Shown here: piece by piece, positions 12,900 to 26,180 of the stretch
How the letters are laid out: each line of letters opens with the position of its first letter
Numbering within the stretch: position 1 is the stretch's first letter
Origin: Hydrolagus affinis
Taxonomy: Eukaryota
Length of the DNA: 64,000 nucleotides
NCBI GenBank assembly: GCA_012026655.1
Contig: JAAILG010000233.1
Location: 1-64,000, forward strand
Direction: 5' to 3'
Program-made: the position numbers and the translations under genes
Notes under the pieces: generated by a model
The model's input: only the letters and a program-made list of their open reading frames with translations
What the model was told of the DNA's origin: nothing
Database searches by the model: none

Positions 12900-14130
12900 T
12901 GGGCTGCTTCAATCGAGTACTTGGGGATCATTTTGATATTAAATAATACCTATTGTTGGTTCTTGGAAGTTGCTCAGAAAGTGTGTAGGAATGTATCCTC
13001 CAGTCTTCAATGCATCATCCACCTCAGGTCTCACTTGGACCAGGGTATGGTAACTGTAGGTTACGCTTGATTTTCCCTTCTTCAATTTAGTGCAGGTTGA
13101 GCAATGTGGCACCTTGCTTGCTGCTTCACAAATGATTTCCCATTCATCATCAGAAAGGGCATGCCCTAGATCTCTCTCGCAGGCTGCTTTCGCTGTGTTT
13201 GTACTTTCTGAACATTCGGAACAAAGACTCCATTACCTGGCGAAACTAATTTGGTGGTATTTTTGTGGAATGGGAAGCGGATTTCTGGGGTTGTGGACCA
13301 ACCACCCTGGCCCAGTTCGTCTGATCAGATAACAAGTGCTTTACTTGCAGCTACTGGAAGGTGCTGTTCAGGAGCTATAATTGCTTTGAAAGGCACTGAA
13401 GGATTTAATGATTCCATCATTGGGAACTGCAGAATCATGCCTTTTTTATAGTACAATACCTTGAAGTCCCCTTCAGCAGGTGGAATGTCATGGATGTGAC
13501 AAATGGATGAAACTGGTAGCAATTCCCTGAGATACAGTATGTAAGTGTTGGCTTGCATCTCTCCAAACTCACACCTTGGCTCAGACTGGTGGATGTGGCT
13601 GAGGGCCTGGACATCTTTTGACTATAGGTACATAGAAGAGGTGTAGAATGGGAGAGGCTGACACCAGGCTTCCTTCAACCCTACCCACGTTTGATCAGAC
13701 AGGACGTTGAAAGATGATACCATTATTACCAGAACATGAGCTGCCAGCAATAATAGTGATAGTCCAGGAGAGTAACCTTCCTCTGTGTTTGAGTTGCTGA
13801 AACATTTTGATCCCCATTCTTGCCTTTCTAGTGGAAAACAGTTGATGTGATTGTTCACATCAATTAGAGAAACTGGTACATCCTGACTGAGAATTTTTTT
13901 TAGCAGCTTTGGGAGTATAGGACAAAAAGCCTTGTGTGCAGCAAAATTTCTAGCTAAATTTCTATGGCTACAATGTTTTAAGAACGTTGGAGATTGATTA
14001 TTTCTGCCTACTTCCCTCAAGTTTGTGACAAAAACAGCAAGCAAATATTTGTATAAACAAATAATTGAGTTGGTTGCCGAGGCCTTGTTAAAGGTTGAGG
14101 AAAAAGCTAACAAGTGAGACTTATTCCAGC
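12900..14130 (-). mobile_element. Degraded L1-clade LINE, C-terminal part of ORF2
   Basis: Motifs in the correct order across frameshifts: KYL-AV, ILPKLL, DYHYYCW, KKG, DGIIKSF..FQSNY, ERDLGHALSDDEWEII, TFLHTF* (zinc-knuckle region). Confidence 0.75.
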
Positions 14131-14880
14131 ACTAACCTGTGGTTCATTAGTTTAAAGAAACTGGTATGTGTAAGCTGAACTGGAATCACACAGGGGATTT
14201 CGGTGCCCGGGAACATACAAGGAGTTGGAAGTTTTGAAATGCTTCCATGTAAATTATTTTTGTAAATTCATGCGTGATTTAAATTGCTATATAAATGCAA
14301 GTTGTTGGAATTGCTGATTGTATACCTGTGAATTTAACATTAATTGTATAAAAGTAGATTTCTGTGACCAGTTATACAGAAAATGATCATAAAAATGCAC
14401 ATATTATAATTTGGAAGAGGTACTTATATGAAGTACTGTATATTGGATTATGTTTATTTGCAATATGTTCATTTGCATACAATATATTACAATCCAATAG
14501 CAGGAATGAGTGCCCCTTCAAGTAATATGCTTGCTAATTTGTAGTGTGGTAAAGGTTCAGTGCTCTGGAAAGTAATGTGTTTTAAAATTGTAATTGGCGC
14601 AATGTAATACAGTATAATCTAAACTTGTGTCGAATAGTACAAGTACTGTACGTTTATTGATATGTTTAGATTTTAAGTTTCTAGGATGTTCAGAGAATCT
14701 GGAAAATTTCATGGAGTGGTTTTGATGGAATTGCTTGTTACTGTACCTTTAATATATGTTTGGGGAAGGACCCTATAATTGTTGGGGTAAGTTAAATGTA
14801 TTCAATCACACGTTGTGAGGACTAATTGAAATAAATAGTTATTCATATTTGCTCGTGCAGGATATCAGTGTGCTGTAGTT

Positions 14881-14914
14881 GGCGGCGGTGGGGGGTGGGG
14901 GGTGGGGGGGGGGG
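14881..14914 (+). repeat. G-tract, potential G-quadruplex
   Basis: ggcggcggt followed by runs of 6, 6 and 11 G. Confidence 0.6.
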
Positions 14915-16084
14915 AAGGTCCAAAATGTCTCCAACTCTGCAGTATTATTTCAGTGTTTCTTTGGTAACACACAGTGGTATGCACGAGATTGCCATCGAGG
15001 AGACATAGCCGTGGAGCTGCTGTGCCATGGCCATATGCAGCCGGCAAAAATCAAACCAAACTACTTTGCCTGTGCCCCACACACGGCGTGGATTGTGAAG
15101 AAAATATACGCTGTGTTTGAGGGATTTTTAACTACTTACTCATTTCAGGTCCTATTTAACTATCATCTGGTTCTATTACTATTCCCTTCCCACTGCTCTG
15201 CACTCTGGTACCAAATGCCAGCAGTAGCTTGAAAACATGCCAAAAGGATTATAGCTCACATATTCATCAATATAAATTCATATGGCATTAATGGCCTGTA
15301 AGATTATTTATGTCAGCAATGGGGGATGATGCTAACAGGAATAACAGAATCAGGCTCTATCCTTTAAATATCATTATCTTCTCTGCTGCAGAAAACCTTC
15401 CATTCGTAACAGTATTTGTCCGAGGTCATTGTATTGTTTCATATCACTTGATACGCTTCTGCTCATAAGTTCATGGTCAGCACTCGCACTTAACAGATTA
15501 TCAGTACTTAAATGTTAACCCACAAAAGAAAGGCAGATCCCATAGGGTTCATTGTTCAAAATCGTTTTGAAAATATTTGCAGACAAAGTACCAAACACAT
15601 AATATGCAAGTACATTAATCATGGCTCAATATTCAATTTAGCTTCTAGCTGAGAAAAAACAATCAACAATCCCTTTGACTAATGTTTGCTGCCAATAACA
15701 TTACTTTGAAAACGATTGCCAATATATAATGAGTATCCTGCTGCAAGCTTTTTGTTTGTCTTACTGAGATTTTTAGGATTGTCCCTTTTTTTTAGGAGTT
15801 TCCCATATCAAATTTTGGTTTGGCATCAAAAGACGTGAAACCCTATATAAGGGTACAAAATAAAGTACACGGGGAAAAAAAAGTTAGGCGTGTGTGATTC
15901 TCTTTGTAAACTTCTTGGTAAACATTTAGCAGTTCTGAAAAACACGACCGACCTAAAATGACACAGCAAATTAATTGAGAACCTGCTCCTGTGCTGGGGG
16001 TACTTGGCAGAGTCTGATTAATTCATCTTGAACTTGGACAACTCCATGTCAATGTTCAGAGACTCTTAGTATGTAGACATAGAA

Positions 16085-16250
16085 ACCGCAATAGTGGAAC
16101 CCATCCAGGACTGCAGGAACCAGACCTTGTCACCTAAGAAGAGAAATCCAGTCTATCAAGAGCTTCCTGCCTTATCTCACATTACCAGAGAACTCCTAAC
16201 CATTCTGTTGCTTCAAGTATCAGTTTTGTCAGTTTTTATTCTTGTCTCAC
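16085..16250 (+). mobile_element. Possible remnant of a hAT transposase C-terminal dimerisation domain
   Basis: ELPALSHITRELLTI, then VASS after a frameshift, resembles the hATC motif PxLSxIARxLLxIPxxS. Confidence 0.35.
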
Positions 16251-17589
16251 AGCAGGATTCTTTTAATAATAATTTATAGATGTCCAATAAACAATGTTCA
16301 GTTTCACCCACACTTCTGATGTTTTGGGATGCAGTTATAAAATTAGAGCACTGCAGTTTTCAGTTACTTGAGGGTGCAAATAACCTTTAGAATATGTTTT
16401 CATCCACTAAGACAGTTAGATGTATGCCTAATTATACAGTAGGTATCAGTTTTAATGCCCTGCATACTTTGTTTTTGTGAAAAACAGAGAGCATGTGCTG
16501 TATATTTAAAAGCCTGTGCAGAGCTACACTTGTTATTTCTCTGCATCTAGGAGGCATTTTTAATGTTAATGTTTTTTCTTGTTATATTATTTTAAAAGTG
16601 GCCTAGGGGATCATTTGGATACTTTTGAACTACAAGGCCAAATCTCACGCATTTACAAGACTACTATCTGAACGTAGTCTCACACTGTTTGCCAAAATTC
16701 AGATTGCACTCAGATTTGTGGCCTCCCGTCAATTGACTGTGGGTCCTATTGCAATACAACATCTGCACAAAAAACAACATTGTTGCAGAAAGTTCATTAG
16801 AAGAGGCCTATTGCTGGTCTAAATAGCAATGGAGACCAGCACGTGTGAAAATTCAGCTTGTACCACTCCTCCAGCCCTTTACAATCAACCAAATAACACT
16901 TTTTCAAATACCTGTACATTAGAATTTCTGAGATTTGTGGTGAACGCATATAACTTGATGTCAAAACTAATTTCTGGACACCTAATTTTGCTAGGTACAG
17001 TAGTATATAGGGAATAAGGGGGGAAAAAAGGTTTATTCTGAAACACCTCCCGTGAAGATTTTGTGTATACGCCACTTTAAACATGATTCTGAATCCGGCT
17101 ATTCAATCCATGTAACTTGGTAGAAGCTGATTCACAGAATAATACAGACTTCGTCCTTCAGACACAAAGAAGCTGTGAGAAGAGGAGGTTGGCCTTGGCA
17201 TTTAATAACAAATCAACTCATACCTGGAATTCAAGGTGCCAAACCACCCTCAATAACTCCTGTTGTATGGAATTCGTAAATCCAAAATGTTAATTCACTG
17301 ACAAGTATCACCTGGAGACAATAGCACGTCTGAAAACTAATTTGTATTCTGTTTTAAAAAAATCTGTGTTTTTATTGTCTTTATGCATGTGAGATTAATA
17401 GATAATGGGATGTATGTAGATTCCTTTTATATAGCATTTCACTGAAATCCTCGGGTTTCTTTTCACTAATTTTCATCAGTATGTTGAGTCCACCAATTGG
17501 ATACTGGAACTCACAGGGACTTGCTTAACAGGGAATAATACGGTGGCCAAAATGTCCTTGGCAAACTCCTTTACTTGTTTGTTGTCAGC

Positions 17590-17820
17590 TAAGGGCAGCA
17601 TTTTTGATTTTTGAAACATGCTTCACATGGTTCTCTTACAGATGTCCTCAAATGGAACATGTTTAAAATCATCCCAAATTGTGGGTCCTTCTCTTGTTGA
17701 GTGCTTTTTAATCTGATAGGGATGTTTACTGCCAATTGGTAGAGACATTGAATATTTTCCAGTAACCAATTTGCCAATCTCTGCTTGATATAGATTAGTT
17801 CAAGATTTTTTTTAACCAAA
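17590..17820 (-). mobile_element. Old CR1 ORF2 fragment
   Basis: ORF contains ...ANW...YQL...LKSTQQEKD, resembling the CR1 post-RT motifs W..W...Y.L...EKDLG. Confidence 0.45.
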
Positions 17821-18469
17821 GTGGACAGCTGTCTGGGTGTTTTGATGCTCTATATTCTATTCTTATGGAAGCGTAATGCTCACAACAATGCAATGGAACA
17901 TATGTTTTATTTCTGATTTATGTGGGACATAAAAGAAAGAATGGATGGTAATCTTCTGTACCAAATGGAGTTCAAAAACAGCCTTAGGCAGAAGCTTAAG
18001 GCAATATTGAAGAATGGCTCTTCCCTTCTGCCAAAACCATTGTAGCTGCCAGCTACCAGAGCTTGTCATGGAAACAGTAACACATTTGAAGCGCAATGCT
18101 TGTGTGCGAAACATGCTGCATTTTACAAACATGATTTACTCACATAATTGGAATTTAATTGCTGAGGGAATGATGAGTAGAACTTGGCACAAACATGTGT
18201 AAATTGAACAAACCTTGAATTGGTTAGAATTTGGGGCTCAGTCTCCAATGATGAGATCAACTGTATGGAACAGTTTGTTGATCATTTTCTCGTTGGTCTT
18301 GATCACTTGCGCCTCAGAATATTGGGGGCTCAACGATCAATGTTTTTTGCTGTGGACTGGAGGGATAGGGTGCCTTATTTTCCCACCATATCAGAAAGAG
18401 GGAAGGACAATATGTAACCAGACATCAGAATGAGTTCTGATGAGGAAATCACATCTGGAAGTCGATGTA

Positions 18470-18545
18470 TCGTAATCAGGAACAGGAATACTGGCAATGT
18501 ATTTCCCTCCCCCAGCCCAGAGACATTGTGGTCTAATTTTCTGGC
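18470..18545 (-). mobile_element. AmnSINE2-like fragment
   Basis: atcaggaacaggaatactggc...tttccctcccccagcccagagacattgtggtc matches the middle of 10110-10285. Confidence 0.5.
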
Positions 18546-20969
18546 ATGAATTTGCTCTTAACATGAGGAGTTCTCACTCAATTATTTTATTCAGGAATCT
18601 TGTCAGAAATTGTCACATAAACCTCACTGGGTCTACTTGTAGAGTCGCCCACTTCTCAGACTGTCAAACTTAGTGCAGGTTGCGGAATGAACCGAACGTG
18701 TTTCCTATATATAAGCTGTGTGTGTGTGTCATGCAACATATGCAATTACCCACAAATGCATCAGCACAGCTCAGCCATTGTAGATCTATTAGGATGTTCC
18801 TTCTTCTTTCTATTATCATCTTATAGTGTCATTGTATAACTCTGTGTGCAATTGGCTGTTGCATTTTGCCCATTAAATACACAATCAATTCATTTTGTAT
18901 ATATATAGTTATTGTAACCATGCTACGTATTGCTCTCCCACCGGTTGATGAATTGGGCAATTCTCATCAGTTGAACTTTGAAATGGTGTGTATCTGGTAA
19001 GCCAACCATCAAACAAGCTACGATACACCAAGCCTGTGGTAAGCTGTGCTTCAGACCCTGTTTGCCGCATTTAAACAAGTTGAAAACATCCAGCAATTTG
19101 CAAATGGTGAGCTAAAGCTATTAGCAGATGTGGCATCATTTTGCAATCGACTCCTGCTTGTGTTTCCTCAAAGCTCATTATTTCTAATGGCAAGAGTTCT
19201 GACGGTATTGAAAATGGACATCATCAGTGACCTTAAATTAGTGATGGTTGCTGAATTTGTATGGAGGAATACAATATCTATTAGTGTTTCAGGCTTCTGA
19301 TAAATAGCATAAAGGTTATTTAGAAAATTAATGGAAACAATGATTTGGGTGCTGATTTCAATGATAGGGGAAACATTTCTGAATTGTTTTCAATCTTTCT
19401 TCTGATCGTGACTGCTAAAACATTGGATTTGTGTTTCTAACTAATAATATTATTAATTTGTTTCTTGGTGAGAACCAGTTGATTTGTAATTCACCATTAT
19501 TCAGTCCTTTAATTAAATTCCTTAATTTCAAATTATTTTTCTACATTCATGTGTACATTGTGTATGCCGTTTGATAATTATATTCTGATTAACTTTTGCT
19601 TTAACATTTTCCTCTGTTTCACAAATGCATTAAAAAGAACTGATTTGTTGTACCAGGCTTTAATAAGTCTCTCTTCATGCCTGTTAATAAGAAATATTAT
19701 AGCTTCAATTTCCTTTGGCCATTTTAATTTAAACAGCAGTGGTACCTGTCATCTTATTTGTTCCTGTTTAAAAGAAATTAATGGTTGGATTTCTGTCCCT
19801 GAGGTAATCCTTAGTATGTGCATACAATGTGGATCCTGTTACTTGAGTAACCAATGAGTATGGATTTACAGAGTGAAGTGTTGAACATTTCACCAACAAC
19901 AGATGGCGAATGTAATGTTTATTAAAGAGTTAATACATTACCAGAGGTCACCAGAACAGAAATAACCGATAGAAGAGATGATTTCATTTAGCATCCAGCT
20001 TGCTGGCATTTCACATCTTGTTGATTGATGCAAATTGTAGTAATGTTACTGCTTTCTGAAAGCCTGGCTTACATTTACTTTTAGAATTGTGCATATGGAA
20101 AAGATTTGATGCTTTTTACATTTAATTAAAATGATGGCTGAATAAACATGGAGATTTACGTGACACTACAGCACCAGCTGACCGTGCTGAGGTGAAAGAT
20201 GATTATTTAGTGAAACAGATATTCCAGAAGAAAGAATAACTCATCTAAATTATGTTTTTTCCTCATCCAGACTGCAGGGGAAAATTAATATGAGTTAGCA
20301 AATAAAAGGTCATCATTTCTGTGCTGATATGCATCATACATGGCTACAAGCAGGTAGATGTTACTCTATAATGACTTTGGAGTATTTATTTTAAACTGAA
20401 TGATTGCAATAAATATTAATAAGAACCAGGTCAAAGCTAAAGCTTGTGAGGGGGGAGGGAAGGGGATGGATGGATTTATGGCAAATTTTGAACTAATATT
20501 TAATCAAATACTCCACAGTGACATTTTTGATCAGCAATTATTCATATATAGGACAAGTCTAGAAGATTAATATACTGTACTAGAAAATACCATGGAGAAA
20601 TTGAATCTGCATAGAACTATTATGTGTTTCTCTTACTTTTTTTATGTGGCTTTTTGTTCAGACATTATTCCCCACTCAAAGTCGAAACATCTACCTGCAA
20701 AATTGCTTTACCTTTTCTATGTGTTTCCCCAATTTCCCTGAGTTTCTGCTCAGGTATGCTCCTGATTGTTCCAGGTACAGAGTCCACCTAAATATTCTAA
20801 ATATGGAGACCCTGTCACTTGTTTTAAGAAAATTTTAAAAATAGAATGGAGACAGAAAAATAGTTCAGCTTTTGCTATCAGGGATACAACTTGTTTTAAA
20901 CTAACTTTAGGTTTCGTGCCAGAAACGACAACAATATAAACTGAGCAAGGAGGAGGATGAACTTGACGG

Positions 20970-21073
20970 TTGGGCAAAGGCAATGACCCTCTAGGGAGAG
21001 AGTGAGTATTTCATTCCAACAATCCATGTGTACGTGAGATGCATGCAATTCTCAGTTTGATTTGGATACTCTC
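20970..21073 (+). repeat. Unclassified dispersed repeat, copy C
   Basis: ccctctagggagagagtga...ctcagtttgatttggatactct matches 28730-28824. Confidence 0.7.
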
Positions 21074-21109
21074 AGACATGGTGATGTATTTCCGTATGTA
21101 TCAGGCAAC

Positions 21110-21280
21110 CCGCCTGAACGAAAAAAAAGGTCGAAAAGAAATGTATTTTTAAAGAAAGTTTGAAGACAGGATGAGAAGGCAAATAGATTTTGAGAAAGAG
21201 AGAGAGGGTGAGTACCAGAGAGGGGGCTATAATGGCTGAAGACACAGCAACAAATAGTGAACGGAAAGACTAAGGGAAAC
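21110..21280 (-). mobile_element. L2 LINE 3' fragment
   Basis: ORF 21052-21282 contains VFSHYSPL...FKNTFLFD. Confidence 0.6.
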
Positions 21281-21649
21281 AAACAGTAGCCCTGCGAAGT
21301 AGACCTTCAACATCAAATTTTGCTCATTTTCCCACTGTAGATTAAAGTGACTGGAAAAATAATTGTTAACTGTATTTACAAAATGGTGTTGACATCATAG
21401 ATACTTCAGTGACGCTCTTTAATTTTCAGAATAATTTTCTCATATTAAAGCATCTGTGGGGATGGTATAAAAATATAAACTAAACCCCCGAGTACAGTAG
21501 AGCTAAATCATTAATGCATTCATTTCAAACTCATGCTTATAATGGCTGCTAAAATATTATTAAGTTCAAATTTATGTACATAATTTAGTTACAATACCTT
21601 AAAGGGAGGGATGATTTTTTCAGGTTTGTCACCATAAGTACAATTCGTA

Positions 21650-21770
21650 CAATAATAATCCTTACATTTGGTATTGCTCCTTTCATATCGTGAAACCTTA
21701 TCCGGCTTCACAGAATTTACTGTAAAATGCAGTGACTGTGTATGTTTTGTAGGCAAAATTCTTGCGCTGT
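21650..21770 (-). mobile_element. tRNA-SINE family 3' fragment
   Basis: aataataatccttacatttgg...cttcacagaatttactgtaaa. Confidence 0.6.
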
Positions 21771-22594
21771 TAAAAGCAAAGAAATGGTTCAAGAAATTAA
21801 AAACAGTTGAAGGGCAACCATGCACGTTTTAGCACCAATAACTGTTACATTTGCATAATAACTATCAGTATTGTAATTATATTAAAACTTAGCAGATTTT
21901 TTTCTAATTGTATGCAGTCAGCCACATAATTGACATCACAATATAATGCTCTGTTTGAGGCCTACAAACAGCAGCTCACTGGAGGGGAGGCCAATTCCAG
22001 ACTGCAAACTAATCAAATAAAGCTGCTATATGTTAGGAGACAAGAAAAGAGTCTAGCATTGCGAGAAACAAGCCAGAGAATCAAAGGAAACGAAAACATA
22101 AAGTGTGAACTACCAGAGCAAACCACAACATTTAAGTACTAAGACAACAAAGTTAATTATGTGAAGATGGTTTCAGTACACCTCCCACCAATCAGAGCCT
22201 GCATTTGGCACTGAGCCAATGGGGGGAGGTATAAAATGTGGTACGTATTTGCAAACTGAAATTTGTGGCATTAATTGCAACTGCCAGTTTTCGCATTTCA
22301 GGTTGTGAAATTTGCGACGAGATGTCTCAAGCCAGAAAAGTCTGACCAAAGCAAGCAACATGTAAATCCATTTTGCAAAAACACCAATGATTTGGTTTCC
22401 AAATGTTTCAGTTTTGTTTTTTGAACTTTTTCTCTTATCTGTATTGTGTGCCAGATTGTGATTTTACTACTCTGTTTGCACAAACTCTGTCCTTCTACAG
22501 AATATTTCCTTTGCTTCTCAATCTCTGTTCATTTCTGTTCTTCACCTATATACAGTATAATGATGTGAGGGTTCTTTTCAACCTATCTATTAGA

Positions 22595-22697
22595 CTGTAC
22601 CTATGGTCACCTTTCCCCTCCTTAATGACTCCCTCTGTCTTTGACCACTTTGAGATGTTACCTTGCATGAAGAGGTTATAGAAATGCAATTTGTTGT
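22595..22697 (+). mobile_element. Old L2 3' end
   Basis: ggtcacctttcccc...cactttgagatg...ttatagaaatgcaatttgttgt. Confidence 0.5.
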
Positions 22698-23706
22698 ACC
22701 TCAGATTATAACTGTGTCAAATAAATGGCTGAATCTCTTGCTGAATCTCACACCGCAATTCCATAATTGTGTACAAAAGAAAAAAGTAGATATTTATGAA
22801 TGATGCTGTCAAATACTTTATAGGTTTTTAAATCACTCAATCGGCATCACCAAACATACTTGCTGACTTGTCTTGTTTTTCTGCACTACTCTTGTAACTG
22901 AACATACTTCAGCCGGGGCTTGTAAGCAAACAGTTTGTAGATGTAGTTTCTCCGTTCTGTATTCTGCGCACAATGTAAACAGAGTGAAGACTTGGCACTT
23001 GTAGCCTCGGGATACTGAAAGACCTCTTTAGATTTTGAGAGGCCCTGAAGTCCAATGCAATATAAATACAGAATTTGTAGATTTTTTTTTAAAAAAAACA
23101 ATTCCTTAAGAAGGCGTCTGCATTGCAAAATGGAGATACCAATAATAACTGTAAGTATGTATGAATGACCTGTGGGAATTCTACTCCAACAGGATTTCTC
23201 ATTGAGGATGAAAAGACCAAATATATTGAAGACTTTCATTTAAAACAAATCCATTTAATATTTTCACCCACGGTTCTGATTTTTTTATGTTGGGCAAGAA
23301 TTTATATCTGTGCAGTACTGAAACTGCTATCCAGACAGTCACTCAGCCATGTTGCAGAACATCATTGCTCGTTTCTCTTTGATAATTTGGTATCTCAACA
23401 ATGAAACTGAAACGCAACTTACATAAAAGGCTAAACCAACCAGTGACACTGAAGTAAAATTTAAATTGCAGCATTTTGTTTCTTGTGCTGTACAGTCATG
23501 TCTGCGTTATCTACTAGTTATCTCATTGGCAAGAAATTGACAGAGACCAAGATAGAAAGATTGTTGTTACAGATAATTCTTATCTTTAACTCTCCCACAA
23601 TGAAAGCATTGATTCCAGGCCAAGCCAATTTTGAAAGATAAGTGTGTAGGAAAGATCTGATCACAAGAAAATACAGTACTTGTGTCCTTTCTACAAATTT
23701 CAATAT

Positions 23707-23780
23707 ATAATAATGATAATCCTTGCATTTGATATAGCGCCTTATTATGTCTTTGAGACGTCTCAAAGCTCTTCAGAGAA
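23707..23780 (-). mobile_element. tRNA-SINE family 3' tail
   Basis: ataatccttgcatttgatatagcgcc...gagacgtctcaaagc. Confidence 0.8.
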
Positions 23781-24702
23781 TTTATCCATTAACTAAAATG
23801 TTAATTAAATTCACATGTCTCAATTTCATTTTACCACATTTGCTCTTCAACTGAATATTTACTTCCTTGGTTCACTGACTTTGACCCATTGGAAATGACA
23901 TGTGCTCTAGAGACTGTTTTTCATAGTATAACAAATCTCTTGAAGTGGTCTTGGAGCCAAAAACTTGGGAAAAATAAATAAGCAGAGACAGGAATAGAAG
24001 GCAAAACCGGCAGAAAATATACACTAGCTAGATAGAAACAAGGGAAAAGAGTGAGGGAAGAGGATAATATATGACTAGCTTGGAAAATGATACTAGATAT
24101 GAAAATCCATAAATAAGAATAACAGGTATTCTTAGTTCAGAAGAAAACAAATCTAAGCAAATGGCACGGTGTAAATAGTTAAATTTTATTTTCGAGGCAA
24201 GTAGCTAAAATATTGTAACATTGTTGATCATTATGATACATGTGCTATATTCAGTAGTTACGGTGATCTGTGAAATGTACCAACAGACTTGTACATGAGT
24301 TAAAGGAGCAATGTGGTGTAATGTATATTATGCAGCCAATCCTGACGTCTTCCAAATCAACCCGAGTGACAGATGTGACAGTAACTCTGTCTCATCAGTC
24401 ACTGTACCACACACTGCCGGGGAAATAGGTTAGGCTGCCGATGGGTGGGATTGCGCAGCTGTACTGTACTCAGGCCACCCACCTGCAAAATGGCAGCCCT
24501 GGTGGGGTACTACAAGAGCTTCTCCATTTTCAATTAATTTTAAAACAAAAAAAATTCCTTAGGTGATTTTGATTTGGTAATTCTACCACCAGCAATGCCA
24601 TATTAATGCACACAGCTGCTTTAAACTTGCACGGTTCCTAGATCTGTCCTGCTGGGCTTCAATCTGGCTGATTATACTAGGCTAGGAAACACGATTTGCT
24701 TA

Positions 24703-24880
24703 GAGCTTCTCCGATGGCCTATTGGTTAAAGGCACTGTCCGATGCAACACTGAACCGGACAAACCCGAAGGCTGCAGGTTTGATGGCTGGTCTGTGCAGA
24801 GTTAGTGATTTTAGTCCTGGTTCTATCTAACGCTTTATTACTGCTGGTGGTGGGGGGAGAGAACAAATCAGCTGTGATAT
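24703..24880 (+). mobile_element. AmnSINE2-like SINE, 5' part
   Basis: tRNA-like tggcctattggttaaaggcactg...gaaggctgcaggtttgat...tggtctgtgcagagttag. Confidence 0.6.
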
Positions 24881-25979
24881 TGCCTCTTTATTGGCTGGCT
24901 CACAAATGAATGACCATTTAGGTGAGATACCAGAGGGCAGTTGGTGTTTATGAAACATTGGCAGATAATATTACCTAAACCATTTGTGAGAAATTCATGA
25001 ATACATATTAAAACTTCTAATGGGTGAATCAATTGTTCATTATATTTACCTGTTTCTCTGTGAAACATATTTTTCTATTAATTGCCTTCTAGCATTCATT
25101 GACTGGATTAACGCCTGAATTTATTAAGTTAAGCTTCATGTACATTTCTGTTTCAGAAATTGTCTGAATTTATGCTACATGTTTATAATATGCCTTCAAC
25201 CATATGAGTGTATAAACCACTCAGCACCCATAGGTGATCAACAAACTTTTCTGATCACCTTTAAAATAAAGGCCTGGGTAAACTTAGCTCATTGTGCACT
25301 GTATATCTGCTTTCAGTATTTACATTGGGTGGAAATCCCCTCCCACCCCAATGTTGAGAGATATCTGAACATCCATATCCAGTTTCAATGAATGTTTAAG
25401 ATTTAAGAATACATTTGAGATCCTTTATTTCAGAGACAATGTGTTTGTGCTGGATTGTAACATTTTGATACATGTCGTCCTGAATACCCCCAAAAATCAT
25501 TGACACTACTATCTGCTGAACTGCAGGGGGAGTGGATTAGCATGATGTGGATGTAGACTCTGTTCTGACTATTGCCTGGGATGCCCAAAGCAATGCCAAA
25601 AAATCTGCAAGCTAGGCCAGAGAGCATGGGAATTAATGAACTTGATAGACTGGAATGTTAATTTTTTTTGTCACGGATGTCATCTTAAACACTCTGGACT
25701 TTTCTGTGAATTCTTGATTACACATGGTGCAACTAACAGTAAGGTATAACACTGAAGACATTGTTAATCTTCGCATAAATAACAAAAAGCAAACAGCAAA
25801 AGGATAATCCCTCCAAAATCATAATGCGATTGAACAGGAAACTAAACGTCACTCACCATGAAATGCTTATTGAAAATAAACAGTTTGTGTTTGCTTTCAT
25901 TGTGGGGATGTTAATATATTAATGCTTCCAAAACTATCCCCTCTATGTCCAGAGGAGTTTGTCTGATGATCATAAAGAG

Positions 25980-26180
25980 TCTAGCACTGTGCCACACTGT
26001 CTGGCAAGTTAGAGGTACAAACCTTGCTCAGTGTTAAGTTAGCTGATCTCAGCCCCGAAGGCAATTGGGATACTTCAGCAGGTTTTGGTAAGAAACAGCT
26101 CGATTTTCCTCAAGAACCTAATTCACTTGGAAAACAAAGTTATCATTTTAGGAGAAGAGGAACAATGGGAGAAAATTGAA
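25980..26180 (+). mobile_element. AmnSINE2-like SINE, internally deleted
   Basis: Core agttagctgatctcagcc; 3' end ggagaagagg...gggagaaaattg. Confidence 0.6.

Noticed and set aside
13622-14113. 163-aa ORF as a host gene
   Set aside because: It is part of a frameshifted L1 ORF2 relic
18930-19270. ORF 19046-19300 as a host exon
   Set aside because: LKLLAD and the upstream motifs suggest a very decayed LINE RT; too weak to annotate either way
22860-23050. Possible minus-strand coding exon (ttcag acceptor, gtatgt donor-like site)
   Set aside because: No frame gives a recognisable protein, and no partner exons were found
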